In this document: positions 9,568-19,051 of the stretch, in pieces | Position numbering within the stretch: the stretch's first letter is position 1 | How the letters are laid out: every line of letters starts with the position of its first letter | The notes under the pieces: generated by a model | Databases searched by the model: none | What the model saw: the letters and a program-made list of their open reading frames with translations, nothing else | What the model was told of the DNA's origin: nothing | Assembly: GCA_051428125.1 (NCBI GenBank) | Contig: JBPRGD010000097.1 | Coordinates: 8,164 to 72,163 of the forward strand | Direction of reading: 5' to 3' | Source of the DNA: Candidatus Wenzhouxiangella sp. M2_3B_020 | GTDB lineage: Bacteria > Pseudomonadota > Gammaproteobacteria > Xanthomonadales > Wenzhouxiangellaceae | DNA: 64,000 nt | Translations under genes and position numbers: made by a program

Positions 9568-10596
9568 ATGAACTCGCATGACACCCGCCCCTGCCGGTTC
9601 GTCCGCGGAGTGATTGCAGCAGGTGGACTCGCCGCTTGCTGGTTGGCCGTTCTGTCTGCAGTCCCGGTCGTCGCGAACGCATCGCGGACGCTGGATCTTC
9701 GTGCCGCGGGGGTCGAGCTGGTCGTTTCGCTGGACGACGAACTGCGGGCCGACGCGAACGGCGAGCCCTGGAGACAGTGGTTGCGAACCGGCATCGCGGC
9801 GGCGCACACCGTGACCGGCGGCTTCCCGCGCGACAGGGTCCTCGTCGACCTCCGCGCCACGAGCCGCGGCTCGAGCAGCGTCGCGTTCGGCCAGATCCGG
9901 CGCAGCCGACCGCCGCGGGTCCGTTTCTGGGTTTCGCCGACGGCGACGCTGGCCGAGCTCAACGCCGACTGGCGCTCGTACCACGAATTCGCCCACCTGC
10001 TGATCCCGTTTCCGGGCAATCGTGATATCTGGTTCACCGAGGGGCTGGCGTCGTACTACCAGTACCTGCTGCAGTCCCGTGCCGACCTCATCCCGTCGGA
10101 GCAGGCGTGGCGCCAACTCCTCGCCGGATTCGAACGCGGGGTCCGGGACCGCGCAGGGCGCGGCCGAACGCTGCGCTCGCTGAGCCCGGACATGTGGCGA
10201 GAACGGGCGTTCAAGCGGGTCTACTGGACCGGGGCGGCGTTCTTTCTCCGGGTCGACGTCCGACTCCGAACCGAATCCGGCGGCCGGCATTCGCTGGACC
10301 GGGCGCTGGCGGCGTTTCACCGCTGCTGCATCGACGACGATCGCGACTGGAGCGCCCGGGCCCTGATCGACACGCTGGGACATCACAGCGTCGAGCGCAT
10401 CTGGCGCCAGGAATATCGTGCGACCATCGACCGCGTGGCGGTGCCGCGGGCCGCGGCCGCGCTGGATCTTCTCGGCATCAGGGCCGAAGGCGACCGGGTC
10501 GTCTTCGGGCAGCGGCCGGACCAGTTCGCGCTGCGCCGGGCCATCGCCGGCTCGCGGCCGGCCGCTTTTCAGGATCCGGCCGCGTCGGCGCCGTAG
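9568..10596 (+). CDS. Secreted gluzincin-like zinc metallopeptidase (M61-like)
   Basis: Signal-peptide-like N-terminus; HEFAH...WFTEGLASYY; RVYWTGA. Confidence 0.7.
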   Translation: MNSHDTRPCRFVRGVIAAGGLAACWLAVLSAVPVVANASRTLDLRAAGVELVVSLDDELRADANGEPWRQWLRTGIAAAHTVTGGFPRDRVLVDLRATSRGSSSVAFGQIRRSRPPRVRFWVSPTATLAELNADWRSYHEFAHLLIPFPGNRDIWFTEGLASYYQYLLQSRADLIPSEQAWRQLLAGFERGVRDRAGRGRTLRSLSPDMWRERAFKRVYWTGAAFFLRVDVRLRTESGGRHSLDRALAAFHRCCIDDDRDWSARALIDTLGHHSVERIWRQEYRATIDRVAVPRAAAALDLLGIRAEGDRVVFGQRPDQFALRRAIAGSRPAAFQDPAASAP

Positions 10597-11081
10597 GCGA
10601 TGTCGACGATCGCCAGCCGACGCGTGCCCGAAGGGGTTTCGACGTCGACCTCTTCGTCCAGCGACCGGCCGAGCAGCGCGCGAGCCAGCGGCGAATCGAC
10701 CGAGATGCGGTTGTGCTCCGGGTCGATCTCGTCGGCGCCGACGATCCGGTAGGCGATCTCGCTACCGTCGGCATCCTCGACGGTGACGCAGGCGCCGAAG
10801 TAGACCTTGTCCGAAACCGGCGGCGTCGCCGAGACTGGCTCGACCTCGTCGATTCGCTTGCTCAGGTAGCGGATCCGCCGGTCCATTTCTCGCAGCTGCT
10901 TCTTGCGGTAGATGTATTCGGCGTTCTCGGATCGGTCGCCTTCGGCCGCGGCGGCGGTGATCGCCGCGACGACTTCGCGGCGACCCTTCCACAAGGTCTT
11001 GAGTTCGGACTTGAGCCGCTCAAGGCCTTCGGCGGTAATGTAAGGACTCGATTTCGGTTGCGGAGGGCGCCATCGGCTCAT
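10569..11081 (-). CDS. greB: Transcription elongation factor GreB
   Basis: YITAEG, AAAEGDRSENAEYIYRKKQLREMDRRIRYLSKR, ISVDSPLARALLG. Confidence 0.95.
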   Translation of the reverse strand: MSRWRPPQPKSSPYITAEGLERLKSELKTLWKGRREVVAAITAAAAEGDRSENAEYIYRKKQLREMDRRIRYLSKRIDEVEPVSATPPVSDKVYFGACVTVEDADGSEIAYRIVGADEIDPEHNRISVDSPLARALLGRSLDEEVDVETPSGTRRLAIVDIAYGADAAGS

Positions 11082-11131
11082 TGCCGCATTATCGCAGGCC
11101 GTGGCCGCCCGCGGCCCCGTTCGTAATCGCT

Positions 11132-11159
11132 GCGACCTTTTCAGGCCCGGCGGCGTCTA
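11132..11159 (+). promoter_or_regulatory. Putative ECF-type autoregulated promoter
   Basis: GCGACC-N16-CGTCTA immediately before the ECF sigma ATG, with no SD. Confidence 0.5.
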
Positions 11160-11168
11160 TGTCTCGAA

Positions 11169-11738
11169 ATGACCGCAATCGCATTCGACCATCCGCTGGA
11201 TGAACTGACCCTGGGAAGGCTGCGTCGGAACTGCCGCCGAACCCAGGAGCAGGTCTACCGCCACTATGCCGACGCGGCATGGACGCTTGCCGTCCGCCTG
11301 ACCGGATGCGAGGCAATGGCCTGGGATGCGGTGCAGGAGAGTTTCGTGCGTGCGTTCCGCCAGGCCTCGCAGCTTCGGACCGGCACCTCCTTCGGGCCCT
11401 GGCTGCGACGCATCGTCGTCAACCAGTCCATGGACCAGCACCGGTCGCGCCGACGCGAGATACAGGGCGAACCGCCGGAGCCGGTTGCGCCGGCCGCCGA
11501 GCCGGCCTGGCTGGATCTGGAGACGGCGCTGGCCCGGCTGGACTCCACCGACCGATTGGTGCTCTGGCTGCACGATGCCGAAGGCATGACGCACGAAGAG
11601 ATCGCCGATCTGGCCGGCTATACCCGGTCGTGGTCGAAATCGAGACTTGTGCGTGCGCGCGAAAGGATGCAGCGCATGCTGACCCGCGGCGACGACGTCG
11701 CCGCACCCGAGAACACAGTGCAACGCCGACATGGATAA
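11169..11738 (+). CDS. ECF-family RNA polymerase sigma factor
   Basis: Region 2 (AWDAVQESFVRAF...FGPWLRRIVVN) and region 4 (LWLHDAEGMTHEEIA...SKSRLVRAR). Confidence 0.92.
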   Translation: MTAIAFDHPLDELTLGRLRRNCRRTQEQVYRHYADAAWTLAVRLTGCEAMAWDAVQESFVRAFRQASQLRTGTSFGPWLRRIVVNQSMDQHRSRRREIQGEPPEPVAPAAEPAWLDLETALARLDSTDRLVLWLHDAEGMTHEEIADLAGYTRSWSKSRLVRARERMQRMLTRGDDVAAPENTVQRRHG

Positions 11739-12210
11739 AGACCCCCATTTGCTTCGAAACCTGCCCCCACGGTCCGCCCCCGAAGGCCTCTGGACCGAGA
11801 TCGAGTCGCGGCTGGAGGCGCCTCGCCCAGCGCGTCGGAGAACCGGCTCGCTGGTCGCCGCCGCTGCCCTGGTCGCCGCCGTCGCCGTGGCCGCGATCGT
11901 CGGCTACGCGCCGTCCAACGGCCCGCTGGCCGGCCGCAACGGCGGCGACGGACTTCTGCTCGCAAGCGCTCGCCAGGCCTCGATGCAGCTCGAACGCGAG
12001 CTTTTCGCCAACCGCACCAACGTCCTGGCGGCCGGCGACGCCGTGGAACTGGCCTGGCTGGAATCCGAGCTGCGGCTGACCGACGAGCTCTTGACCGAGC
12101 AGCCGCGCGATCTGGACCTGTGGATCAAGCGCAACGAAGTTCTCCAGGCGATGGCACGTCGCTACGACACCAGCGACTGGCATTCGCAGGTCCGACTCGC
12201 GAGTTACTGA
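11731..12210 (+). CDS. Putative single-pass anti-sigma factor
   Basis: Overlaps the sigma stop; LPPRSAPEGLWTEIESRL followed by a TM helix and a helical periplasmic part. Confidence 0.7.
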   Translation: MDKDPHLLRNLPPRSAPEGLWTEIESRLEAPRPARRRTGSLVAAAALVAAVAVAAIVGYAPSNGPLAGRNGGDGLLLASARQASMQLERELFANRTNVLAAGDAVELAWLESELRLTDELLTEQPRDLDLWIKRNEVLQAMARRYDTSDWHSQVRLASY

Positions 12211-12238
12211 ACCGACCCCAACCGACGAGGAATACGCA

Positions 12239-13288
12239 ATGAATTCGATGAAACCCCTTTTGACCGCGGCAATCGCATCGATGTTTCTGGCGTGGCCGCA
12301 TGCCGCGCCGGCTCAGGAAAACGCGTCATCGGCCTCGGCCGAGAGCTTCGAAGCGTTGCGCGCCGAACTGTCCGAGGCACGCACGGAACTGGCGGCCGCG
12401 GCCCGGCGCATGGCCGAGATCCAGCGCAAGCTCGGCGGAGCCGACGCACTCGCCGATCTCCGGGGCGTGGGCGAAGTCGATGTCCAGCGCATCCGGATCA
12501 GGACCGACGAGGCGCTGGAACGGCTCACCGACATGCCCCCGCGCATCGGCGTGCTGCTCGAATCGGACGACGAAGATACGAACCGCGTCGTCGGCCTTAC
12601 GCCGGGCGGCGGGGCCGAGAAGGCCGGCGTCCGAACCGGCGACGTCATCGTGTCGGTCAACGGCGTCGACGTCGAGGGCCGGGGCGGTGCCGGCATCCGG
12701 GAAGCGCTGAAGGGCGTCGAAGCCGGTGAGACGGTCGAGGTCGTCGTGCAGCGCGCCGGCGGGCAAGAGGAGCGCGCGCTCGGGGTGGAAACGTCTTCGG
12801 TACAGCGCGACGTCCGTTTCCTGGTGCACCGGCTCGGCAAAGCGCCGGAGGCCATCGCTCACCTCCGCTCGCTTGGCGACGCGGGATTGCCGATGCCGCC
12901 GGCGCCCCCGCTGCCGCCCCGCTTCGCGGCACTCGGCGCCGACACGGACCTCATCGGCAACCACGACGGGCTGCAGGATTATTTCGGCACCGGCGACGGC
13001 GTGATCGTACTTCGCATCGACGACGACAATCCCCTGGGCCTGCGGGACGGCGACGTCATCCTGACGCTGGATCGCGAAGCCGTGAACAGCCCCGTGGAAC
13101 TGGCTCGCCAGCTGATGCGGCGCGACTCCGGTGAATCGGTCGCGCTCGAGGTCATGCGCAACGGCGTGCTCACCGAGGTCGGCGGCGAGATCCCCGAGCG
13201 CAGCGGGCCGTTCGGACATGTCGGCAAGCTGCGAATCCGGATGCCGGATGCGCCGACGCCGCCGGCGGAGCCGCCGACGGCCCTTTGA
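12239..13288 (+). CDS. Periplasmic protein with coiled coil and two PDZ domains (no protease domain)
   Basis: Signal peptide; RIGVLL...PGGGAEKAGVRTGDVIVSVNG; second PDZ GLRDGDVILTLD...LEVMRNG. Confidence 0.85.
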   Translation: MNSMKPLLTAAIASMFLAWPHAAPAQENASSASAESFEALRAELSEARTELAAAARRMAEIQRKLGGADALADLRGVGEVDVQRIRIRTDEALERLTDMPPRIGVLLESDDEDTNRVVGLTPGGGAEKAGVRTGDVIVSVNGVDVEGRGGAGIREALKGVEAGETVEVVVQRAGGQEERALGVETSSVQRDVRFLVHRLGKAPEAIAHLRSLGDAGLPMPPAPPLPPRFAALGADTDLIGNHDGLQDYFGTGDGVIVLRIDDDNPLGLRDGDVILTLDREAVNSPVELARQLMRRDSGESVALEVMRNGVLTEVGGEIPERSGPFGHVGKLRIRMPDAPTPPAEPPTAL

Positions 13289-13342
13289 TCCACCGATCCG
13301 GAACACGCGGCGGCGCACCGGACCGGTGGGCCGCCGGAACGC

Positions 13343-15523
13343 TCACTGACCCCGCAGCGCGGTGACGAGCTGTGAAGCCAGCCGACCCTTCATGGCCTGG
13401 ATGAACGATTTCGAATCGCTGGCCTTCTCCGGATCGAACTGCAGGGCCGAGCCGAGCACATTGACCTTCACCGGGGTCCCGGACAGTTCCAGGTGGGCGT
13501 GCTCCAGCGCCGAGAGCATCCGGTCCTTGACCGCCTCCGCGCCGTCGGCTTCGGTCATCGGCAGGATGGCCAGCGGGATGTTTCGGTCCTTGCTACCCAG
13601 CGTTCCGAGAAGGTCCAGGTCTCGCAGGTGCGAAGGCAGGATGTCGAACACCTGCGGCATGAGCAACTCGATCTCTCCGGTCGAGATCGTGCGCCAGTCG
13701 CCGTCGGCCTCGCGAACCTGCGCGATCATCAGCATGATCGACGAGAAGTGGGTTTCGTACCGGATCGCAGTGGCGATCTCGCGCTGCAGGAAATAGCTCG
13801 TCGCCCCGGGATTCATGACCGAGCCCGGAACGAACTCGATCCGGTTGCGGCGCCTGAGCCTCGCCAGCGTTTCGTTGTAGATCGCGTCGATGCGCTCGGC
13901 CGAATAACCGTGCGACTCCAGTTCGCGCTGCACGGTATCGCCCAGCGTGCGCAGATTGGACTCGCGCTCGACGATATGGGCCAGGCGGTCGGCCACGTCC
14001 GGGTCGTCGAGCGATTCGCTCTGGCTGAGCAGATCGATGAGCCGGCTGTTTCTCAGCGAACCGGTGGATTCGTCCAGGCGCCGGTTCAGCGCCGTTTCGA
14101 CGCGCTCGGCGACCGATCCGGCCACCCCGTGCTCGCGCAGGTTTCCGACCAGCGAGTGCTGCTTTTCGCGTATCGCGTCGCGCAACGCGCGACCGTCGGC
14201 CACTTCCCCTCCCGATTCCTCGAGGACGAGTTCGCTGCTGATCCGCTCGATGTACTCGGTGAGCGCCTCGGACAGCTTGTCCTCGCCGGCGCGTCCGGCC
14301 TGGCGGATCTCGGAGGCCAGCACCAGCAGCCGTGCCGCCTCTCCGGGGTCGCGACGGATCTCGCGCACGAGTTCGTCCACGCCCAGGCCGATGCTTTCCG
14401 CACCGGCCTCCAGCGCCTGGACGACCCCCTCGTCCTGCAGCTCGCCGGTCAGTTCGTTGACGAACTCGATGTACTCGCCCAGCTGCATGCCCTCCTCGAG
14501 CAATCCCTGCTTGAGCATCGGCAGCAACCGTTTCAGGTCCGAAACGTCGGGAAGCACGCGCCGAATGATCTGGGCCAGCCGCTGCGGCGAGGCTTCCCCG
14601 GCGCGCAATTCCTCGCGCACGATCGACACGATGGTGCTGCAGGTCAGCCGATCGACCTCGTCGAGCACGCCGCCCTGCTCGCCCATCAGGCGCGCCAGCT
14701 CCTCCTGCCCCGCCAGGCTCTGCGAGAGCTGTTGACGCATCGTGACCAGCGCGTTCATGACCTCGTCGGGCGACACCGTTTCGCCCGACTCGGACGACCG
14801 GCCGTCGGCGACGCGATTGCCGATTTCGCGGATGCGCGCGGCCACTTCGGGCCTCAGTTCACCCGCCGGCCCGGCCGATGCGATCAGCTCGCCGGCGACC
14901 TTGTCGGGCGATCGGACCAGGCCGGCCAGGCTGAACACCTGTTCGACGCGTTCCATCAGCGGCTCGTCCGAAGCCGCTCCCTCGCGTCGCGTCGCGCCGC
15001 CCGAAACGGCCTGCTCGGCCAGGTCCGTGAGCTCCTCCAGGCCCTCGCGCGCGATGACCTCGTCGTTGGCGGTGAACTTGCGCAGCACGATGTGGTTGAC
15101 GCGGATCGAATCGCCGGCGTCCTGTCTCAGCGCATCGCGAACCTCGTCGATACCCTCGTATTCGTCCGGCGACGCGAGAATCGCCATCAATCGCGTCAGG
15201 GCATTCGAATCGAGGCCGGCGCCGAACGTGATCGACTGGAGTTCCAGCGAACGGAACACGAGCGCGAGCCGTCTGGCGTTGAACCGGGCGTCGACCTGGA
15301 ATTCCTCGATGAAGAAAGCCCCCCGGTCCAGCATCAACGTCACCGGGTCGCTCACCTCCAGCGCGTGGAGCAGAGTATCCAGCAGCGTGGCCACCGCACG
15401 TTCCGCGACCGGGTGGTCGACGCCGTAGGCGTGCGCGTTGGTCGCCGCCGAGTTGATCTGCCGGCCGAGAATCTCCGCGCTTCTCTGGCTCAGGCCTTCG
15501 GGTTGCCCGGATGCGGTGCTCAT
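13343..15523 (-). CDS. Large cytoplasmic helical protein with a C-terminal degenerate GGDEF-like domain
   Basis: 726 aa; ATG overlaps the kinase stop (ATGA); C-terminal LQREIATAIRY...RDLDLLGTLGSKDRN...ILPMTEADGA. Confidence 0.75.
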   Translation of the reverse strand: MSTASGQPEGLSQRSAEILGRQINSAATNAHAYGVDHPVAERAVATLLDTLLHALEVSDPVTLMLDRGAFFIEEFQVDARFNARRLALVFRSLELQSITFGAGLDSNALTRLMAILASPDEYEGIDEVRDALRQDAGDSIRVNHIVLRKFTANDEVIAREGLEELTDLAEQAVSGGATRREGAASDEPLMERVEQVFSLAGLVRSPDKVAGELIASAGPAGELRPEVAARIREIGNRVADGRSSESGETVSPDEVMNALVTMRQQLSQSLAGQEELARLMGEQGGVLDEVDRLTCSTIVSIVREELRAGEASPQRLAQIIRRVLPDVSDLKRLLPMLKQGLLEEGMQLGEYIEFVNELTGELQDEGVVQALEAGAESIGLGVDELVREIRRDPGEAARLLVLASEIRQAGRAGEDKLSEALTEYIERISSELVLEESGGEVADGRALRDAIREKQHSLVGNLREHGVAGSVAERVETALNRRLDESTGSLRNSRLIDLLSQSESLDDPDVADRLAHIVERESNLRTLGDTVQRELESHGYSAERIDAIYNETLARLRRRNRIEFVPGSVMNPGATSYFLQREIATAIRYETHFSSIMLMIAQVREADGDWRTISTGEIELLMPQVFDILPSHLRDLDLLGTLGSKDRNIPLAILPMTEADGAEAVKDRMLSALEHAHLELSGTPVKVNVLGSALQFDPEKASDSKSFIQAMKGRLASQLVTALRGQ

Positions 15524-16398
15524 GAGGCGACAGCCGGCTGCCAATGCTGCAATGCGGACCTGAACGCCTCGCAGCTGCCGAAGCGCTCCTCGGGCCGCGG
15601 TGCGATCGCCTTGAGGATGATGCGCTCCATCGCTTCATCGATGTTCGGCGAGGCATCGCTGGGCCGCATCGTGAACAGCGTTTCGGGCTTGCGTATCTTG
15701 CGCAGCAGGATCTGCTTCTCGCCTTCGTCCGTGCGCAGCGGCAGGCGACCCGCGAGCGCCTCGAACAGGACCAGCCCCAAGGCGTATATGTCGGTTCTGC
15801 GATCCGTCCGCTGGGCAGCGGCCTGTTCCGGCGACAGGTAGAGCACGCTGCCGACGACCATGCCCTGGCCCCAGTACTCGATGCGCGCGGTCTTGGCGAT
15901 GCCGAAGTCGACGATCAGCGGACGCCGTGCGCTCTCCTCGATCATGATGTTTGCCGGCTTGATGTCCTGGTGGACCACGCCTTCGCGGTGCGCGTATCCC
16001 AGCCCGTCGAGCACCTTGCTGAGAATATCGATGACCCGCGCGACGGGCATCAGACGCCGGGCCGGAACGGGATGCTTGAGCCGATCGCGGATCAGCTTGC
16101 CGAGATCGGAGCCGACGACGAGCTGCATGACCTGATAGTAGAAGTCCTCGTCCTCGCCCATCTCGAAGATCGGCACGATGTAGGGATGGCTGAGAACGGC
16201 CACCGTTTCGGCTTCGTCCCGGAACTGCCGAAGGGAGCGGCCGCCGTCATCGGCGTGACGCGGCAACAGCTTGACCGCGACCTGGCGCTTCAGCGACTTC
16301 TGGTACCCGATGAACACCGCGCCCATGGCCCCCCGACCGAGTTCCTTGATCACGACGACGTTGCCGAACTGCCGCCCGATGATCGATTGCGTATCCAC
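15520..16398 (-). CDS. Hanks-type Ser/Thr protein kinase, catalytic domain only
   Basis: GRGAMG, VAVK, HQDIKPAN, DFG, YLSPE, DIYALG; no TM segment or sensor domain. Confidence 0.93.
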   Translation of the reverse strand: MDTQSIIGRQFGNVVVIKELGRGAMGAVFIGYQKSLKRQVAVKLLPRHADDGGRSLRQFRDEAETVAVLSHPYIVPIFEMGEDEDFYYQVMQLVVGSDLGKLIRDRLKHPVPARRLMPVARVIDILSKVLDGLGYAHREGVVHQDIKPANIMIEESARRPLIVDFGIAKTARIEYWGQGMVVGSVLYLSPEQAAAQRTDRRTDIYALGLVLFEALAGRLPLRTDEGEKQILLRKIRKPETLFTMRPSDASPNIDEAMERIILKAIAPRPEERFGSCEAFRSALQHWQPAVAS

Positions 16399-16433
16399 AC
16401 CTAGCGGCCCCTCGGCCTGACGATTGCCGGTTC

Positions 16434-16466
16434 GGCCGTCCTGCGCCTATTCGATGCAGGACGGCC
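16434..16466. repeat. 11-bp inverted repeat upstream of the kinase start
   Basis: ggccgtcctgc-N11-gcaggacggcc. Confidence 0.7.
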
Positions 16467-16698
16467 TGCGCCGCCGATGACCTTCCCCCGCGGCACGCAG
16501 GAGAACGCCGCAGCGAAGCGCTCGAGCGTTGATCCGTCAGCGTCCATGGCGGCGTTTCGCCTCTCGTGGTCGGCGATGGCCAACGACTGCGGAACCCGTC
16601 TCGCCCCGAACGTCGACGGACAGACCGAATGCGTAATGATCAGATCGAAGGAACACCAGAGCCCCGTGTGTGTGTCCTTGCCCGAATCGGGCCCGGAA

Positions 16699-16720
16699 AT
16701 GTGATGAACATACATCATAT
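16699..16720. promoter_or_regulatory. AT-rich palindromic operator-like site between divergent genes
   Basis: ATGTGATG-AACATA-CATCATAT (7 of 8 positions symmetric). Confidence 0.4.
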
Positions 16721-16847
16721 CTCGGCGCAGCCGCAATCCCGTGCAACCCCGACCGAGCGGCCGGCGCGGCGTTCGCGGGCGGCGACGGCACGGCCGCTCG
16801 ACGCCGAACGTACAATCCGCGAAGCCGAGGCTCGGACAAGGCGGTCG

Positions 16848-17615
16848 ATGCGCATCGTCTCCCACACCTGCTCGAATACCGAAATCGTCTGCGCGCTGGG
16901 CCGTGCCGGTTGGCTCGTCGGCGTCGACGATCACTCCGATTATCCGGGCGACGTGGTCGCGCGCCTGCCGCGCATCGGTCCGGACCTCGATCTGGACATC
17001 GAACGCGTCGTCGCGCTGGCTCCGGACCTCGTCATCACCTCCCTGACGGTGCCGGGCCATGAACGCTGCGTCGAGCGCATCCGGGCCGCGGGCCTACCCC
17101 ACCTCGTCACGCGTCCACAGTCCCTGGCGGACGTCGCCGCCGATATCGAACGCATCGGCCAGGCGCTGGACGCCCGCGAACGCGCCCGGCGCATCGTGGC
17201 CGCGTTCCGCTCGAGCATGGACGCCGAACAAGCCCGCGATCCGGTTCCCGTGCTCGTCGAATGGTGGCCCAAGCCCGTCATCGTCCCGGGCCGGCGTTCG
17301 TGGGTCAACGAAATGCTGGAGCTGGCCGGCGCCTTCAATCCATTCGCCGACGTCGACGCCGAGAGCACCGAGGTTTCCGCGGCCGCGGCTGTCGAAGCCG
17401 CTCCGCAAGCGATCGTGATGAGCTGGTGCGGCGTACGCGAGGAAAAGTACAGACCGCACGTGGTGACCCGTCGCGAGGGTTGGGAAACGGTTCCCGCGAT
17501 CGCGCGGCATCATGTGTACCCGATCAGCGAATCCTGGCTTGGTCGGCCGGGCCCGCGGCTGCTGGCCGGCATCGACCGACTGAGCGCGGTCGTCGACGCG
17601 GTCCGCGCGGGATGA
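16848..17615 (+). CDS. BtuF-like (TroA/helical-backbone) binding protein without a signal peptide
   Basis: [18 protein letters not shown]...[11 protein letters not shown]...[14 protein letters not shown]...LGRPGPRL. Confidence 0.85.
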   Translation: MRIVSHTCSNTEIVCALGRAGWLVGVDDHSDYPGDVVARLPRIGPDLDLDIERVVALAPDLVITSLTVPGHERCVERIRAAGLPHLVTRPQSLADVAADIERIGQALDARERARRIVAAFRSSMDAEQARDPVPVLVEWWPKPVIVPGRRSWVNEMLELAGAFNPFADVDAESTEVSAAAAVEAAPQAIVMSWCGVREEKYRPHVVTRREGWETVPAIARHHVYPISESWLGRPGPRLLAGIDRLSAVVDAVRAG

Positions 17616-17643
17616 TCGAGTCGCCGCCGGTACAATGACGTCC

Positions 17644-18975
17644 ATGGATACCGTTTCCGAAACGCCGGCCCCGGCGGTCGGCCTGGTCAGTCTCGGGTGC
17701 CCGAAGGCGCTGGTCGATTCCGAACACATCGTGACCGGCCTGCGCGAACAGGGCTATCGGCTCGTCGACGATCATGCCGAGGCCGATCTCGTCGTCGTCA
17801 ACACCTGCGGCTTCATCGACGCGGCCAAGGCCGAATCGCTGGAGGCCATCGGCGATGCGCTGGACAGCACCGGCCGCGTGCTCGTGACGGGCTGCCTGGG
17901 CGCTAGCCCCGACGAGATTTCGGCCATTCATCCGAAAGTCCTGGGCATCACCGGACCGCACCAGGCCGATGCGGTGCTCGGTGCGGTCAACCGCCACCTG
18001 CCGCGTCCGCACGACCCCTACACCGATCTCGTGCCGCCGGGCGGTCTGAAGCTCACGCCCGGTCACTACGCCTACCTCAAGATATCCGAGGGCTGCAACC
18101 ACCGCTGCCGCTTCTGCATCATCCCGGCGATGCGCGGCGACCTGGTCAGCCGACCCATCGGCATGGTGCTGCGGGAGGCCGAACAACTCGTGGACCGCGG
18201 CGTCGGCGAACTGCTGGTCATCAGCCAGGACACCAGCGCATACGGCGTCGACACGCGGTATCAGCGCGATTTCTGGAAAGGCCGGGAGATCGAGACACGG
18301 CTCTACGACCTGGTCCGCGAACTCGGTGAACTCGACGCGTGGGTGCGCCTGCACTACGTCTATCCCTACCCCCACGTCGACAGGATCGTCCCGCTGATGG
18401 CCGAGGGCCGTGTGCTGCCGTATCTCGACGTCCCGTTCCAGCACGCCAGCCCGCGCATCCTGAAATCGATGCGCCGCCCGGCATCGGCGGAAGACACGCT
18501 GGAGCGGATCCGGCGCTGGCGCACCGCCTGCCCGGATCTAGTCATCCGGTCGACGTTCATCGTCGGCTACCCCGGCGAGACCGAAGAGGATTTCGAGATG
18601 CTGCTGGAATGGCTGACCGAGGCCAGGCTCGACCGCGTCGGCTGCTTCCGGTACTCTCCGGTCGCCGGCGCCGCGGCCAATGCGCTGCCCGACCCGGTTT
18701 GCGAAGAGGTCAAGGACGAACGCTGGCATCGCTTCATGCAGCACCAGCAATCGATCAGCCGCAACCGGCTGGCGCGTCGCGTCGGCGGCGAGGAACCGGT
18801 CATCGTGGACGCCGTCGAGAACGACCACGCCATCGCCCGGAGCTATGGCGACGCTCCGGAAATCGACGGCAACGTGTTCGTGGGGCAGCCCGGCGACGTG
18901 CAGCCCGGCGATTTTCTCGACGTCCGGATCACCGGCCACGACGACTACGATCTGTTCGCCGAACCCGTGAACTAA
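17644..18975 (+). CDS. rimO: Ribosomal protein S12 methylthiotransferase RimO
   Basis: [41 protein letters not shown] domain. Alternative start at 17635. Confidence 0.96.
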   Translation: MDTVSETPAPAVGLVSLGCPKALVDSEHIVTGLREQGYRLVDDHAEADLVVVNTCGFIDAAKAESLEAIGDALDSTGRVLVTGCLGASPDEISAIHPKVLGITGPHQADAVLGAVNRHLPRPHDPYTDLVPPGGLKLTPGHYAYLKISEGCNHRCRFCIIPAMRGDLVSRPIGMVLREAEQLVDRGVGELLVISQDTSAYGVDTRYQRDFWKGREIETRLYDLVRELGELDAWVRLHYVYPYPHVDRIVPLMAEGRVLPYLDVPFQHASPRILKSMRRPASAEDTLERIRRWRTACPDLVIRSTFIVGYPGETEEDFEMLLEWLTEARLDRVGCFRYSPVAGAAANALPDPVCEEVKDERWHRFMQHQQSISRNRLARRVGGEEPVIVDAVENDHAIARSYGDAPEIDGNVFVGQPGDVQPGDFLDVRITGHDDYDLFAEPVN

Positions 18976-19051
18976 ATGCTGCGCCGGAAATCAGAACAGA
19001 CCGATAGCCACCCGATACCCGGAACCGAATAATAAATCAGGAGTTCAATCA

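Noticed and set aside
16399-16847. Cobalamin or c-di-GMP riboswitch
   Set aside because: I could not find a B12-box or GEMM consensus on either strand by eye. An Infernal scan would settle it.
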